Below, piece after piece: positions 1 through 12,500 of a DNA stretch of 34,500 bases. The notes beneath the pieces are model-generated. The model did not search any database, was not told the DNA's origin, and saw only the letters and a list, made by a program, of their open reading frames with translations. The number at the start of each line of letters is the position of its first letter. The stretch's first letter is position 1. The DNA is from Myxococcota bacterium (lineage in GTDB: Bacteria > Myxococcota > JACRCW01): positions 1 through 34,500 of the forward strand of contig JBFMGU010000107.1 of assembly GCA_040752415.1 (NCBI GenBank), written 5' to 3'. Made by a program: the position numbers and the translations under genes.

Positions 1-14
1 CAGGGAGCGCACAC

Positions 15-470
15 GTGACGGATCGTCCGAGAAATCCAGGAGGCTCGCTCACGCCGGTGGCCGTGCCGGCCGTCAGCGCCGCGGCGGCGGGCGGGGACGC
101 GGACCCCTCGTCGAGCTGGCGCGTGGTGCAGCACCTGGCGCAGGACGCTCCCGGCTTCACCAAGAGCTGGTACTGCCACCCCGACGCGGACCTCTTCCTG
201 TGGACCAAGCCCGACGAGGGCATTGCCGCGTTCCAGTTCTGCTTCGACAAGCGTGGCGACGAGCAGATGGTGGCGTGGGACCGGGAGCGCCCCGTGGAGG
301 TGGGACGCGTGGACGGAGGAGAGAGCAGCCCGCTGCACAACCGCAGCCCCGTGCTGGACACGCGTTCCGGTGGTCCCCGCACCCGCGCCCACGCCGCGTG
401 GGAAGAGCTGAAAGCGGGCCTGCCCGCCGAGGTCATCCGCTTCGTGGAGACCGCGCTGCGCTGGAGCTGA
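15..470 (+). CDS. Conserved hypothetical protein (151 aa)
   Basis: GTG start preceded by GGGAG (3-7); G/C-ending codon bias; globular core (WYCHPDADLFLW...FQFCFDK...W...VDGGESSPLHNRSPVL). No family assigned. Confidence 0.75.
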   Translation: MTDRPRNPGGSLTPVAVPAVSAAAAGGDADPSSSWRVVQHLAQDAPGFTKSWYCHPDADLFLWTKPDEGIAAFQFCFDKRGDEQMVAWDRERPVEVGRVDGGESSPLHNRSPVLDTRSGGPRTRAHAAWEELKAGLPAEVIRFVETALRWS

Positions 471-523
471 CGTCGGAACGCGATGATCGGGCGGCCGTTT
501 TTTGGTCCTCCCACCGCCGTCAT

Positions 524-532
524 TGCTAGCGT
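524..532 (+). promoter_or_regulatory. Putative extended -10 element (TG-c-TAGCGT), possibly a leaderless promoter for the giant TPR gene
   Basis: TGcTAGCGT ends 8 nt before ATG 541; no Shine-Dalgarno before that ATG. Confidence 0.35.
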
Positions 533-540
533 CCCGCCGA

Positions 541-3500
541 ATGGACCGATCCGCCCCCTCCTCTGGGCGCCCCGCAGGCGGTCAGCCACCCGACCGGCCA
601 CGTCGGTTGGGGTTTGCGCTGCGCTTTGCCGAGGGGAAGGCACTGCTGCTGGCGAAGGATCTCCCCGTGGGGGACCCGGGAACCACGGCGGCGGACGTGA
701 GCCTGGATGAGCTGGCGCTGGAGGTGCCCAACGTCCGCTTCCCGCTCGACGTCACCGGCGGCGCGGAGCGGTTCCAGACACGACGCCTGGTGGTGCGCAA
801 GGCCGCGCTGCGCGCGAGCACCGGCGCCATCCGCGCGCTGCTGCAGCAGGGGCTGGTGCGCGAGGGGTGGTCGGATCTGCGCGTGCAGCTCAGCGCGCCG
901 CAGCTGGAGCTGGAGGCGGGACTGACCCGGGACGGTGCACGTCGAGGACGCGTGCTCCTGCGACTCGCCGCCCTGCCCTCCCCTCCCTCCGCGCTCGACG
1001 TGGTGGTGACCCACGCGTGGGTGCTGGGCGACGCCGCCACGACGAGCCTGGACGCCGCCACCGCGGTGTTGGACGCGCTGGCGCGCGGTGAGTCCGCCGC
1101 TGGTCCCCTGGTGCGCCGCCTCGACGTCACCCGGCTTGCCGTCCGTGAGCTGCTCAACAGCCACGGGTGGAAGACGCCGGATTTCTCGTCGCTGCGCGAG
1201 ATCCAGCTGGTGGTGGAGACGGACGGCGTGCGCGTGGTGGCCGCCTCGGAGACACCGCCCACCGTCGAGGACGCGCTGCACCAGGATCGCCTGGCGCGCG
1301 TGCTGGCGGCGTCGTCACTGCTCGTGGGCTGGAGCGCGGCGCGCGGGCAGATGGCGCAGCTGCGTGGGCTGCTCGACCGCGTTGCGGTGCACCCGCATGC
1401 GTTGGCCCTGGTGGCCGATCTGCTGATGGGCGACCCGTTGGGTCGCGAGGAGGCGCTGGCCGCGCTCGACGAGGCGATCTCCCGTCACGGCGAGACGGTG
1501 GACCTCCTGGTGGCGCGCGCGCGTCTGGACCGCGACGATCCCAAGCACTGGAAGCGCGTCCTGGATTGGGCGCAGCAGCAGGGCGACACGGCGCTGGCGC
1601 ACGGTGCCGCGCTGGCGTGGGCGGAGGGACTTCCCGTCGAGCGCGCGGAAGAAGCGCTGGAGGCGTACCGCGCTGCTTCCCTCGCGCGACCTGATTCGGG
1701 CGCCGTGGCGCTGGGCCTGGCGCAGGTCAGCGTGCAGGCGGAGCAGTGGGCGGAAGCGGTACGCGCGGCGCGGTTGGCCATCCAGCTGGGTCTCTCCCCC
1801 GTCGACGAGCAGGTGGCTTCACGCTGCCTGGGCCTCGCACGCATGGCCATGGGCGACGCGCCCGGTGGTCGTCGTGCACTGCTGCGCGCTCTTCGTCACG
1901 GCGAGGACACCGCCACCCTGGCGGCCCTGGGCCAGCTCTCGGAAGCGGATGGCAAACACGGTGACGCCGTCCGCTACCGTCTCCGCGCCGCGCACGCAGC
2001 AACGGACGACGTCGCCAGGGCGGCGGAGATTGCCGAAGCGGCGCGGCTCACGCACGAGCGGCTGGGTGATGCGGTGGCTTCCGTGGCGCTGTGGCAGCAG
2101 GCGCTCGCGTTGCATCGATCGACGTCGTGGCGGGCCGCGGCGGCGAAGGCGGCATGGGCCGCGGGTGATGCGGAGCTGACGGCGCAATGGGCCCTGGAGG
2201 ACGGCGGTCGCGCACCGGAGTCTCCGGAGCTGGCGCGACTCGCCGGGCTGGCGCTCACGCGGATGGGCGGGCGCGAGGAGGAGACGCTCCTTCTGCTCAA
2301 GCGGGCCCGCACCCAGGACGTCACGGCCGACGTGGAGGTGGAGGAGGCCACGGCCCTGGTGCGCGCGCGGATGGGCGACGCCAGCGGACTGCTCGCGCTG
2401 GAGGAGAAGAAGGCGCGCACGGCTCCCGCGGGTCCTCAGCGTGCGGAAGCCATCGCCGCGCTTGCCCGCCAGCATCTCGACGACGACGCGCTGGTGGTTC
2501 CGGCCACCCGTCTCCTGTTGGACGCCGCGCAGGAAGAGCCCACGCCGGCCCGTCTCGACGAAGCCGTGGCGGCGATCCAGGCCCTCCCCGTCGAGGACGC
2601 CACCGGCGTCATTGCGCAGCTATGGCAGGAATCCGGTGTGCACCACCCCGTGCTCACCAACCCGGAACGTGCACGGACCCTTGCTGGCCTGTGGTGGACC
2701 CACAACGCGCAGGCGGCCCGCCCCCTCGTCACGGAGCTCCGTTCGCGCGGCGCCCTGACCGCCACCGACTGGCGCGCGATGGCCGCGTCCGCCCGCTCGC
2801 AGGGGGTTGTCGACGGAGAACAGCTCGCGCTGGAGGCGCTGGCGGAAGACGACACGCTCAACACCGACGAGGCCCTGCGATTGGCCGAGGTGCTCAGCAG
2901 CGCCGACGAGACCGATGCGGCGTTGAAGGTGCTGGTCCCGGTTGCCCTGCGTGACGGCGGTCCGGCGGCGGAACGCGCGGCGCAGCTCGCCGAGGAGGTG
3001 GGCCAGATCGACACCGCCCTCTCCGTCCTGACGGCGGCGGAGCAGAAGGCAGAGGGTTCCGCGGCATTGGCGTGGGCTCGTCGGGCGCGCGCCGCGGCGG
3101 CGTTGGGTGAGCGTTTCGAAGAGGCGGTGGCCGCGGCCCGTCGTGCGGCGGCACTGGGGACTGGTGACGACGCCGATGCGCTGGAGGAGACGCTGGAGGT
3201 TGCCGGCGATCTCACCGCCCTCAGCGACGTGCTGTGGGAGCGCGCCAAGACCGAGCTCGACGTGGACCGTGCGGTGCGGGCGGCCCGGCTGGAGATGGCG
3301 TCGGGACGTGCGGCCTCCGGCACGGTGGAGCGCTTGCGGGAATCCATGGAGGTGGGGCTGGTCCCCAATGCCGCGTTGTGGCGTGTGCTCGCCGAGGCCG
3401 CAGGCTCCGCCCACGACGGTCCCACCCGGGGCCAGGCCCTCCGCGCCACCTTTGACGACGAGACGCTGCCCGACCGCGAGCGATTGGAGGCGGCAGAATC

Positions 3501-6500
3501 CCTGGTGGCCCTGGAGCTGCCGTCGGTGGATGTGGCGGCGCTGGACGACGAGCTCCTGGCGAGCTGGCCAGCGCATGAGCCCGCGTTGGCGCGTCGGACC
3601 CGTCGGGAAGCACACGCCAATCCCGGCGCCGCCGCCGACGACGCGCTGGCGGTGGTGGATGCGCTGGCCAAGCGTGATGCCGCCCTGGTGGAACGACTGG
3701 AGTGGCTCCGGTTTGCGCAGGAGAACGCCGCGCTCGCCGAGCAGTCCGAGAACGAGATCAAGATCATCGAGCAGATGCTGGAGCTCGCTCGTCGTGAACC
3801 GGCCACCGCGCAGCAACACGGCATGGACCGGCGCGGTCTCGTGCTCCGACTGGCCGCGCTGTACGAGAAGGCCGGCAACGCGCTGGAGGCCGTGCGGGTC
3901 CTGAGCCACGCCGAAGCGCTCGAGTGCCCGCCCGCTGAGCGCGCCCTGGTCTTCCGACGGATCGCGCTCCTCGAGGACCAGAAGCTCTCGCGGCCGGACC
4001 GTGCGCTGGAGGCGCTGCAACACGCCTTCCGCGCGGACCCCGACGACGACGAGACGGTCCGGCTGCTCATGCGCACGCTGGACGCACAGCACCGCTACCG
4101 CGAGCTGGCCACCCTGCACGCGCAACGCGCCGAGCGCGGCACAGGAACCGCACGCGTGGCCCATCTCGTCGCGGAGGGCGAGCTGTGGGCGCGGAAACTG
4201 GGTGAACCCCGTCGAGCGGTGCTGTGCTGGCGGAAGGCGCTGCGCCTGGCGCCCTACTCCGACGCGCCACTCAAACACCTCCAGGACCTGCACCGCAGCC
4301 GCTCCCCCGCCGCCATGGTGCGCACGTACCTGATGGCCGCGCGTCTTCGCGGCATGCCGGAAGCGGCGCCGCTGCTCGAGGAGGGCGGCGCCATGCTCGC
4401 GGGGTTGATGGACCGGCCCCGGATGGCCACCGTGGTGTTCCGTGCCGCGGCGTCGGGAAGTCCGCCGTCGTCGTCAGCGTTGCGCGCGCTGGCCGAGGTG
4501 TACCGCGCCCTCTCCCGACCGGAGGACGCGCAGGCTGCGTTGCGTGACCTGGTGGCCGCGGCTCCCGACGCGCGTTCACGGGCGGGAGCGCGGGTGGCGC
4601 GGGCGGAGATCCTTGCTGCGCTGCATCGCTGGGAAGACGCGTGGGATGAGCTGAAGGCTGCTTTGGGTGAGCAGCCGCAGATGGTGTCCGCGCTGTCTCT
4701 CGCCGTCGAGGCCACATCCCGACTGGGACTGGTGGCGGACTACGAGCGACTCTCACGTCAACGTCTGCTGCACGTGCAGGACAGCCACCAGGTTGCGGAA
4801 GGAGCCGTGGCCGCGGGGCGGGAATTGATCCGCATGATGGACCTGCCCGCGGCGCTGCGCATGGCGCGGATGGCTGTGGAGGCGGAGGCAGACAACGACG
4901 ACGGGTGGCGCCTCCTGCTGGACGCTTCCGCGCAGCTCTCCGACGCGGTCAGCGAAGCGGAGGCACTGGGCACGCTGTCGCGCATCTGGGAGTCGCGGGA
5001 TCCCGAGGCTGCCGCGGGGTTCCTCGGTCGTCTCGCCGTGCTGCGACTGCGGAGCGGCAAGCGTGATGACGCCGTCATGGCGCTGCGTGACGCCCTGCAC
5101 CGCGACCCGGTTGCCGCGGCCAAGGCCCTGCAGTCCGCGTGGGATGCCGGGCTGGATGTCCCGAGTGAGATCGTCGTCGACGCGGCCGAGGCGCTGCGCG
5201 CGCGTTCGCTCTCGCAAGCGGCGTTCGTCCTCGTGGGGCGCGCACCGGACCGACGCAATCCCCGCCTGGCCCGCTTGATGCTGGAGCTGGGCGAAACGAC
5301 GCTCTCCGCCGAGGAGCGGGCCGACCTGCAACTGCTCGCCGTGGCGGACATGGAGGCCGGAGAAGCGCGCGCGTCCGTCCTCGACGAGGCCGCGCAGTTC
5401 TTCTGGGAATCCGGCGAGAAGAAGCGCGCCATCGCGGCTGCCGAGCAGGCGGTGCAGGCGCGTGCCACCGTCGAGCGCGCCGGCCGGGCCTTTGTGTGGG
5501 CGGTCTCCGACCGGGACTGGCCTGTCGTCGAGCGACTGGCGGCGCAGGCGCCGGCGGAGTCCATTGCGGACGTGGGCACCGAGCTGGCCGCCGCGGGCGA
5601 CCTGCACCTGCTTCCCGACGTTGTCCTCGAGCGCTGGTGCGAGATGCATCCCACGCCGATGGTGGCCTTGCAGGAGCGGGCACGTCGGGCCACGCAGCGC
5701 GGTGATGCGGACGGGGTGAAGCGCGCCCTCACGACGATCCTCGAAACCGCGCGCGGCACACCCGAGGGCGACGAGGCGGCGCGAAAGCTCGCGACCATGT
5801 CCGCCAGGGCCGGCGATCACGAAGCCGCGGTCACGACGTCAACCGCGATCCACGCCCCCACCGCGCAGGACCTGCTCGACCGGGCGGACTGGCTCTCCGC
5901 GCTGGAGCGCTGGGATGAAGAGCTCGCGCTCGTCGAGAAACTGCTGAAGCGGACCGCCGAGGTGGACGAGAGCGCGTTGTGCGAGCGGGCCGTGGAGCTG
6001 GCGCGGGATTACCTGGAGGAGCCGGCGCGTGGCGTGGCGCCGTGTCGTCGTTGGTTGGAGTTGCAGCCGGAGTCACGGTTGGCGCGCGCCGCATTGGTGG
6101 AGCTGCTGGAGGCCGCGGGAAACCAGGCCGACGCCGCGCGCGAGGTGAGCGCATGGGCCGCGCGCCAGAAGGGCGTGGAGGCCAACGCGTTGTGGCGTCG
6201 GGCGACGGAGCTGGCGCGCGACAGTGGTGATGTTTCGCTCTACGTCAGCGTGGCGAAGCGCGCGCACGAGGTCCTGCAGGAGCCCGGCAGCCACGCCGCA
6301 CTGACCGAGGCGCTGGCAGGCGCTGGCAACGTCGACGCCGTCGCAGCGCTGGCGATGGAGCGGGCCGAGACGTCGGGTGAGCGCGCGCACTGGGAGGAAG
6401 CGGCGCGTGAGCTGCAGAAGATTGGCCAGCATGACCGCGCCGCCGACGCGTGGCTGCGCGCACATCCGGACCTGGCGCCGGCTCCCGTCGAGGAGGAGGT

Positions 6501-9500
6501 TCGCCAGGCGCTGGCACGTGCGGGTCGTCGCGCCGCGCTCGCGGACCGCGTCTACAACGCGCTGGACGCCCACCCCACCGACGTGGCGCTGCGACACCGC
6601 TTCCTGACCCTTGCGTCCCGTCGTCAACCTGAACGCATCGTCCGCGCCGTCCTGGACCTGGCGCGCCTGGAGCCGTCCGCGAACCGCAGCGCGCAGGCCG
6701 CATTGGCCGCTCTCCACGTTGGGCGCGTGGCCGACGCGCGGATGTACAGCGACGAAGCGCGAGGACGTGGAGCACCGAAAGCGTTCCTTGCCCAGGTGTC
6801 GGTGGCCTTGAAGCCGGGCACGTGGCGCGGAGCGCGCGGTGGTGCCGTGGCGCCGGGCTGGTTGGACCAGGGGTGGCTGCGCGGCGGCGTGCTCCCGGCC
6901 ACCGTCGACGTGGCGGCGCGGCCCGCGTGGGTGCTGCGCGCATTGGAGCGCCGGGCCACGGAGGAGGAGCAGTGGACGCTGGCCGCCGCGGCGCTCTCGG
7001 AGCGTGTGCTGCGTGGTGAGCATTTCACTGAGGAGGACCTGGGGAAGCGTCCGTGGCTGGGACGCCCGGAGCTCGTCGACACGCTGCAGACCCTGGCGCG
7101 CTATGCCCCGGAGGCGGCGGAGGCGGCGTGCAACCTGGCGCAGCAATCCGGTCCGGAAGCGCTGGCCGCGGTGGCACGATCCTGGGCCGAGTCCGCCCGT
7201 TCCGACGCCGCCGCGGCGCAGGCGTGGGACCGGGTGGCCGCCGCGTGCGCGGAGCTCCTCGACGCCGATGGTCAGCGCCAGGCGCTTGAGCGGGCGCAGG
7301 CACGGTTGGCCACGGCTCGTCGGGCGAGAGAGCTCCTGCAGACTGCGCAGGCCTCGCGCGACGTCGACGCCCAGGAAAGCCTCCTCCGCAGCCTGGCGCA
7401 GCTGGAGCCCCGCAACGCCGCGCATTGGCACCTGGAGCGCGCGCACCTGCTCATCAACCTGGACCAGATGGGCCCCGCGGTGGAGGCCATCCGCGCCGCT
7501 GGCCCCGAGGCCGAGCTGCCTGCGTCGGCCTGGGAGACCGTGTTGCGCGGTGCGGTCCTCCATCACGACGAGGAGGTCCAGCTCGCGGCGCTTGAGGCGC
7601 TGGTGAATGGACCCAACGAGCCGCTCGCGCTGGCGGCGCTCCACGGGAAGGCGGGGCGATGGCCGCAGGCGCTGAAATGGACCGAGGTTGCCGCCGAGGA
7701 AGAAGCCAGCATCGACGCCGTGGATTGGATGCGGCTCGAGGCTGCGCAGGCCTCTGGCGACGTGGCGTGGTCTCTCCGCTTGCTGGCCGGGCTGGCGCAG
7801 CGTGGCAGCGAGCTCGCCCGTGACCAGCTCCTCGTCCTCGCCGACGGAGCGGAAGATGCCGAGCTTGCGCTGCGGTGCCTGACGCAGGCCGACGGAGGCG
7901 ACGTCTCCAGCGCCCTGGCCCGCGCCGACGCAGCTCGTCGTGGCGAGGACGTGCGTGGCCTTGCGGAGGCCTTGCGTGACGCACGGGCGCGCGGTGTGGA
8001 GCCGTCCGCCGAAGCCCTGCGCGAGGAAGCGGAAGCCTGGTTGGACGCCGAGGAGGACGCGTTGGCCGCGGAAGCCGCGCTGCTCCTTGCACGCCAGGAC
8101 GCGAACGAGTGGTCCTGGGCCCAGGAGCTCGCGAACGACGTCGGTGGAAACACCGCGATCACCTGCGCCGACGCGTGGACGCAGTCCCAGCCCGCCGACG
8201 GACGCGCGTGGCGCGCGCGACAGAAGGCGCATGCGGACGTCCACGGCCCCGCCGGTGAGGCAGACGTGCTGGAGGCGTGGGCCAACGCGTCGGGTGATCC
8301 CGCGATCATGCTGGAAGCTTCGGACGCGCTCCGTCACGCCGAGGAGAACGCGCGCTCCCTGAAGCTGCTGCGGCGGGTGGCGCAGTGCGGTCAGCGGGCT
8401 CTCGAGGACATTGCGCGGGCTCGCCTGGCGGAACGTGCTGCAACCCTGGGAGCCCAACCCGGCGCGCTCGACGAGATCCTGGCGTTGATCAGCGGTGCAC
8501 CCTCGGACCTGGACCTCGCCCGTCGGGCGTGCGCGATCAGCGAGGAGCTGGGAGAGACCGCGCAGGCGGAAGCAGCGTGGGAGGTCCTGGCGCGGCACGG
8601 CACCGGTGAGGAGCAGGCGCGCGCGTTGATGCGGGTGGCGGACATTGCGCACGGGCGTGGTGACCGTTCCCAGGAACGCGCCTGGCTCCGCGTGCTGCTC
8701 CGACGAGAACCGCGCAGTGTCCAGGTGCACCAGCGGCTTGCGGAGCTGGAAGACGGCGCCCAATCACTCTCGCACCACGCGGCGGTGGCGGCGTTGTCGG
8801 AGCAGCGTGTGGAGGCACTGCGCGCGTTGCGTCGTCGTGCAACGGAGCTGGGCGCGGATGATTGGACGGCGTGGGCGGAAGGCGCTCTCGTCGGAGCGGC
8901 GAAGACGTTGGATGTGCACAGCCCACTGGCCGAGGCCCGGGCGCGCGCCGAGGAGCGCACGTGGGGACTTGCGGGTGCGGCGCGAAGCTGGGCGGCCGCG
9001 GCGGAAAGGAGCCCCGCGGCGGCAGAGGCTCTCGTCGAGCGCGCGGTGTCCGCGGCAAACCCGGAGGTCCACGCGCTGCAGTCCGCGTTGTTCCGACGAG
9101 GAGCAAGCGGGTTGGCCATTGGCCTGTGGATGCAGGCGGAACGGGAGTGGCGCCGCTCCACGGACGCGGACGCCGCCGTCGACGCCTGGCGTGCCGCGGA
9201 GGCCTACGGCCTGGACGTGGCGCCCTCCCCCGAGCTGGCCATCGTCCTGTCCGCGGCGTCGGGAAATCGCGCGGCGCGTGAGGTGGTGCTGGCCCGCGTG
9301 GTGCGTGATCACGCCAAGCCCGCTCTCCGCGCCGACGCCGCGCGCGCGCTGGGCGTCTCCGCATCACGCCCGCAGGACGCCGCACGCTGGTGGAAGACCG
9401 CGTACGAGCTGGGCGGACGCATCGAGGATGCACGACGCGCCGTGGAGGCCATGCACCGGACCGGGCAGCTCGGCGGCGAGGCGGAGCTCGTCGAGAAGGT

Positions 9501-12500
9501 TGGGCGGTCCCTGGGCCATGCTCCGGATGCCTCCGCACGCCAGTGGCTCATGGACGTGCTGCACGACCTCGCCGCCGCCACCGACGATCTTCCGCTGATG
9601 ACCTGCGTGCAGGCGTACCGGCAACCGCCGCGCACACCGGGCGAAGGCGACGCGCTGGGAGCACTGGAGCGTGACGCCGCGGAGCACGGTTTCCCCGCCA
9701 GTGCGCTCATGGGCCTCGTCTCCGCCGCCCGCGCCTCCCGCGAGCACGACCGACTCATCCGCTACCTCGAGACCTCACTCGCGCACGGGGAAGCGCGCCC
9801 CGGTCCCGCCCACCTGGAGCTGGCGGAGCTGCTCTCCTCGCCGGGGACGCTGAATCCCACCCGCGCGCTGCATCACGCCGAGAAGGCCTGTCAGCTGATG
9901 CCCACGGACCTGACGGCCGCGCGACTGCGTCTGCGCATGGGCCGCACGGTGCGGGACCCCAAGCGGCTGTGCGCGGCGCTGGTGCACGCGTCCCACCTGA
10001 GCGACGCCGAGGACACCATCCAGCTCACCCTCGAGGCCGCGGAGGTGATGGCCTCGCAGCTGGATCGTCCGCGGGATGCCCTGGCGCTGCTCCGCTCCCT
10101 GCGCGTCGACGATCCCACGATGGCGGAGCGCGTGTTTGACGCATCCATGCGCTATGCCCAGGACGCCGGCGACCCCGCGGGTGTGGCCGGGATGCTGGAG
10201 ACGCGCGCCGCCGGTGAATCCGACCCCGAGGCCCAGCTCGCGCGCGTGCGACAGGCCGCCGAGGCGTGGGTGAGCGCCGGTGAGGTGCAGCGCGCCGAGC
10301 AACTGCTCATCAAGACCGCGCGCGCGTCCCAGGCGGCGTGCACGTTCGTCGTCGAGACGGCGGTGGGATTGCGCAAGCCGGTGTTCGCGGTGGCGGCCCT
10401 CCGTGCACGGTTCACCACCGCGAACGTCGAGGAACGGCGAGAGCTGACGCATGCCTGGCTGGACCGCTTCTCGTCGCTGGAAGAGGACAAGGAGCCGCGC
10501 GCGGCAACGCGTGAGCTTGTCGAGCTGGTGCTGGCGGGCGACCCCGACGACATCATCTGCCAGTGGTGGCTCGCCGAGGACGCGCAGGCGGAGCATCGCT
10601 GGGAGGACGCGGCGGAACACTGGCGCGCGCTGGCCGAGCTCTCCACGCGTGAAGAGGTGCCCACGCACGTTGCGCAGTCGCTCCACACCGCCGGCGTGGC
10701 CGCCCTGGCCCGCAGCGACGTCATGGAGGAGGCGGAGCGCCTGGCCGCTGCGCAACTGGAGGCGAACCCTGCGGATCGCAGCGCGCTGGAAATCATGCTC
10801 GCTGCGGCCATGGGGCGTGCGGATGCCGCGCAGGTGGCGTCGTTGCTGCTCCGACTGGCGAGCCAGACCACCTCTCGCGAGGAAGCCGCCTGGGTGCTGC
10901 GTGAAGCGGCGGACTGGCTCAGCGGACCTCTCAATGACCCCGCGGGCGCCGCCGACGCATTGCGCAGCGCGGGCGCGTTCAAGCCCCTCTCCCCGTCGGA
11001 GAATGAGCGCCTCACCGAGCTTGCGCGTCGTGCGGGCGACACGGATGCGGAGCTGGAGGCGCTGCGCAAGTTGACCGCGGAGGATGGTCCCCAGACCGGT
11101 GCGCGCTTCCTCCGTCTCGCCGAGCTGCTGCGCGACCGCGCCCGCGACCCCGACGAGGAAATCACCGCGCTTCACCGCGCCCTGGCCTTCCCCGACGTGG
11201 CCGCATCCGCCGCCGCGCGCCTGGCCGAGCTGGCGTCGTCGGAGACGAGTCTTCTCCCCTGGCTCCTCGAGGCCGCGCCGCCCGCGTCGTCCCGCACCGC
11301 CGCGTGGAGTCGCGCCCTGACCCGGGTTGCCGCCGCCGAGGGGAACGCGGAAGTGGCCGGTGACGCCGCGCTGTGGCTCGCGGAACATGGCGAGTCTTCC
11401 GAGTGGGCCGTGGCGGCGCGCTGGCTGGCGAAGACGGAGCGTTCCGCGGATTCCGCGCGCGCGTACCAGAAGGCCGCGGAGAACGACGAGACCCAGCGCG
11501 CGACCTTCCTCACCGACGCCGTGGCTCAGTGGGAGCGCGCCAACGATCTCTCCGCCGCCGACGGCGCTCGCCTCGCGCTCCTCGAGCACGACCCGGGCAA
11601 CGTGGCCACGTTCGAGGCGCTGGAGCGTCGTTTCCGTCGGTCCGGGAAGCTGGAACAGCTCGCGGCACTCGCGCGCAAGGTGGCCATGGCGCAGCAGGAT
11701 GCCGGGAGCCGCGCGGGGCTGTTGGAACGGGCGGCCATCCTGATGCGCGACGGCACCGGCGACGAGAGCGGCGCCCTCCAGGCCTTCAGCGATTCCTACG
11801 CGGCGGACACCTCGCGTGTGAGCTGCGCGCTTGCCGTCTCCGACCTCCTCTTCCGTCGTGGCGACCTGGTGGAGGCGGGCCGTTGGCTGGAGCGCGTGCC
11901 CAGCGAGGTGGACCTCTCCGTCGTCAACATCTCCGCCGCGGAGCTGGCGTACCGTCGTGGCGCCGCGCGCGAGGCCGCCGGTGGCGACGGACGGGAGGAC
12001 TTCCGTCACGCCCTGGAGCTCAACCGCAATCACACCGTGGCTCGCGACGCGTTGGTGACGGCGTGCCAACGTCACGGTGATCCCCTGGGCGCCGCCAAGG
12101 CCCTGGCCACCGACGCGCACGAGCCGGACCCCGCCGTCGAGCCCGCCGCCTACGCGCGCTGGATCCTGGAGCAGGGCCGCTCCCTCACGAATGCTGGATT
12201 CCCCGCCGCGTCGACGTCGCTGCTGGAGGAGGCCTTCCATCGCCTGCCCGGCAGCGTGGAGCTGGGAAGCGCCCTGGTGGCGGCCACGCGTGACGAGGAG
12301 CCCGCTCGCGCGGCGCAGGTGCTGATGACGCTCGCTCGCACGGCGCCGGCGGGTCGTCGACGTGCCACGCTGTTCCTCGATGCCGTGGACGCGTGGCGTG
12401 ATGCTGGTCGTGCTGCCGACGCCGCGCGCGCCGCGGTGGCAGCCCACCAGGAGACCCCCGCGGACCTCTCCGTGCTCTGGGAAGCGCTCTCATCGGCCGC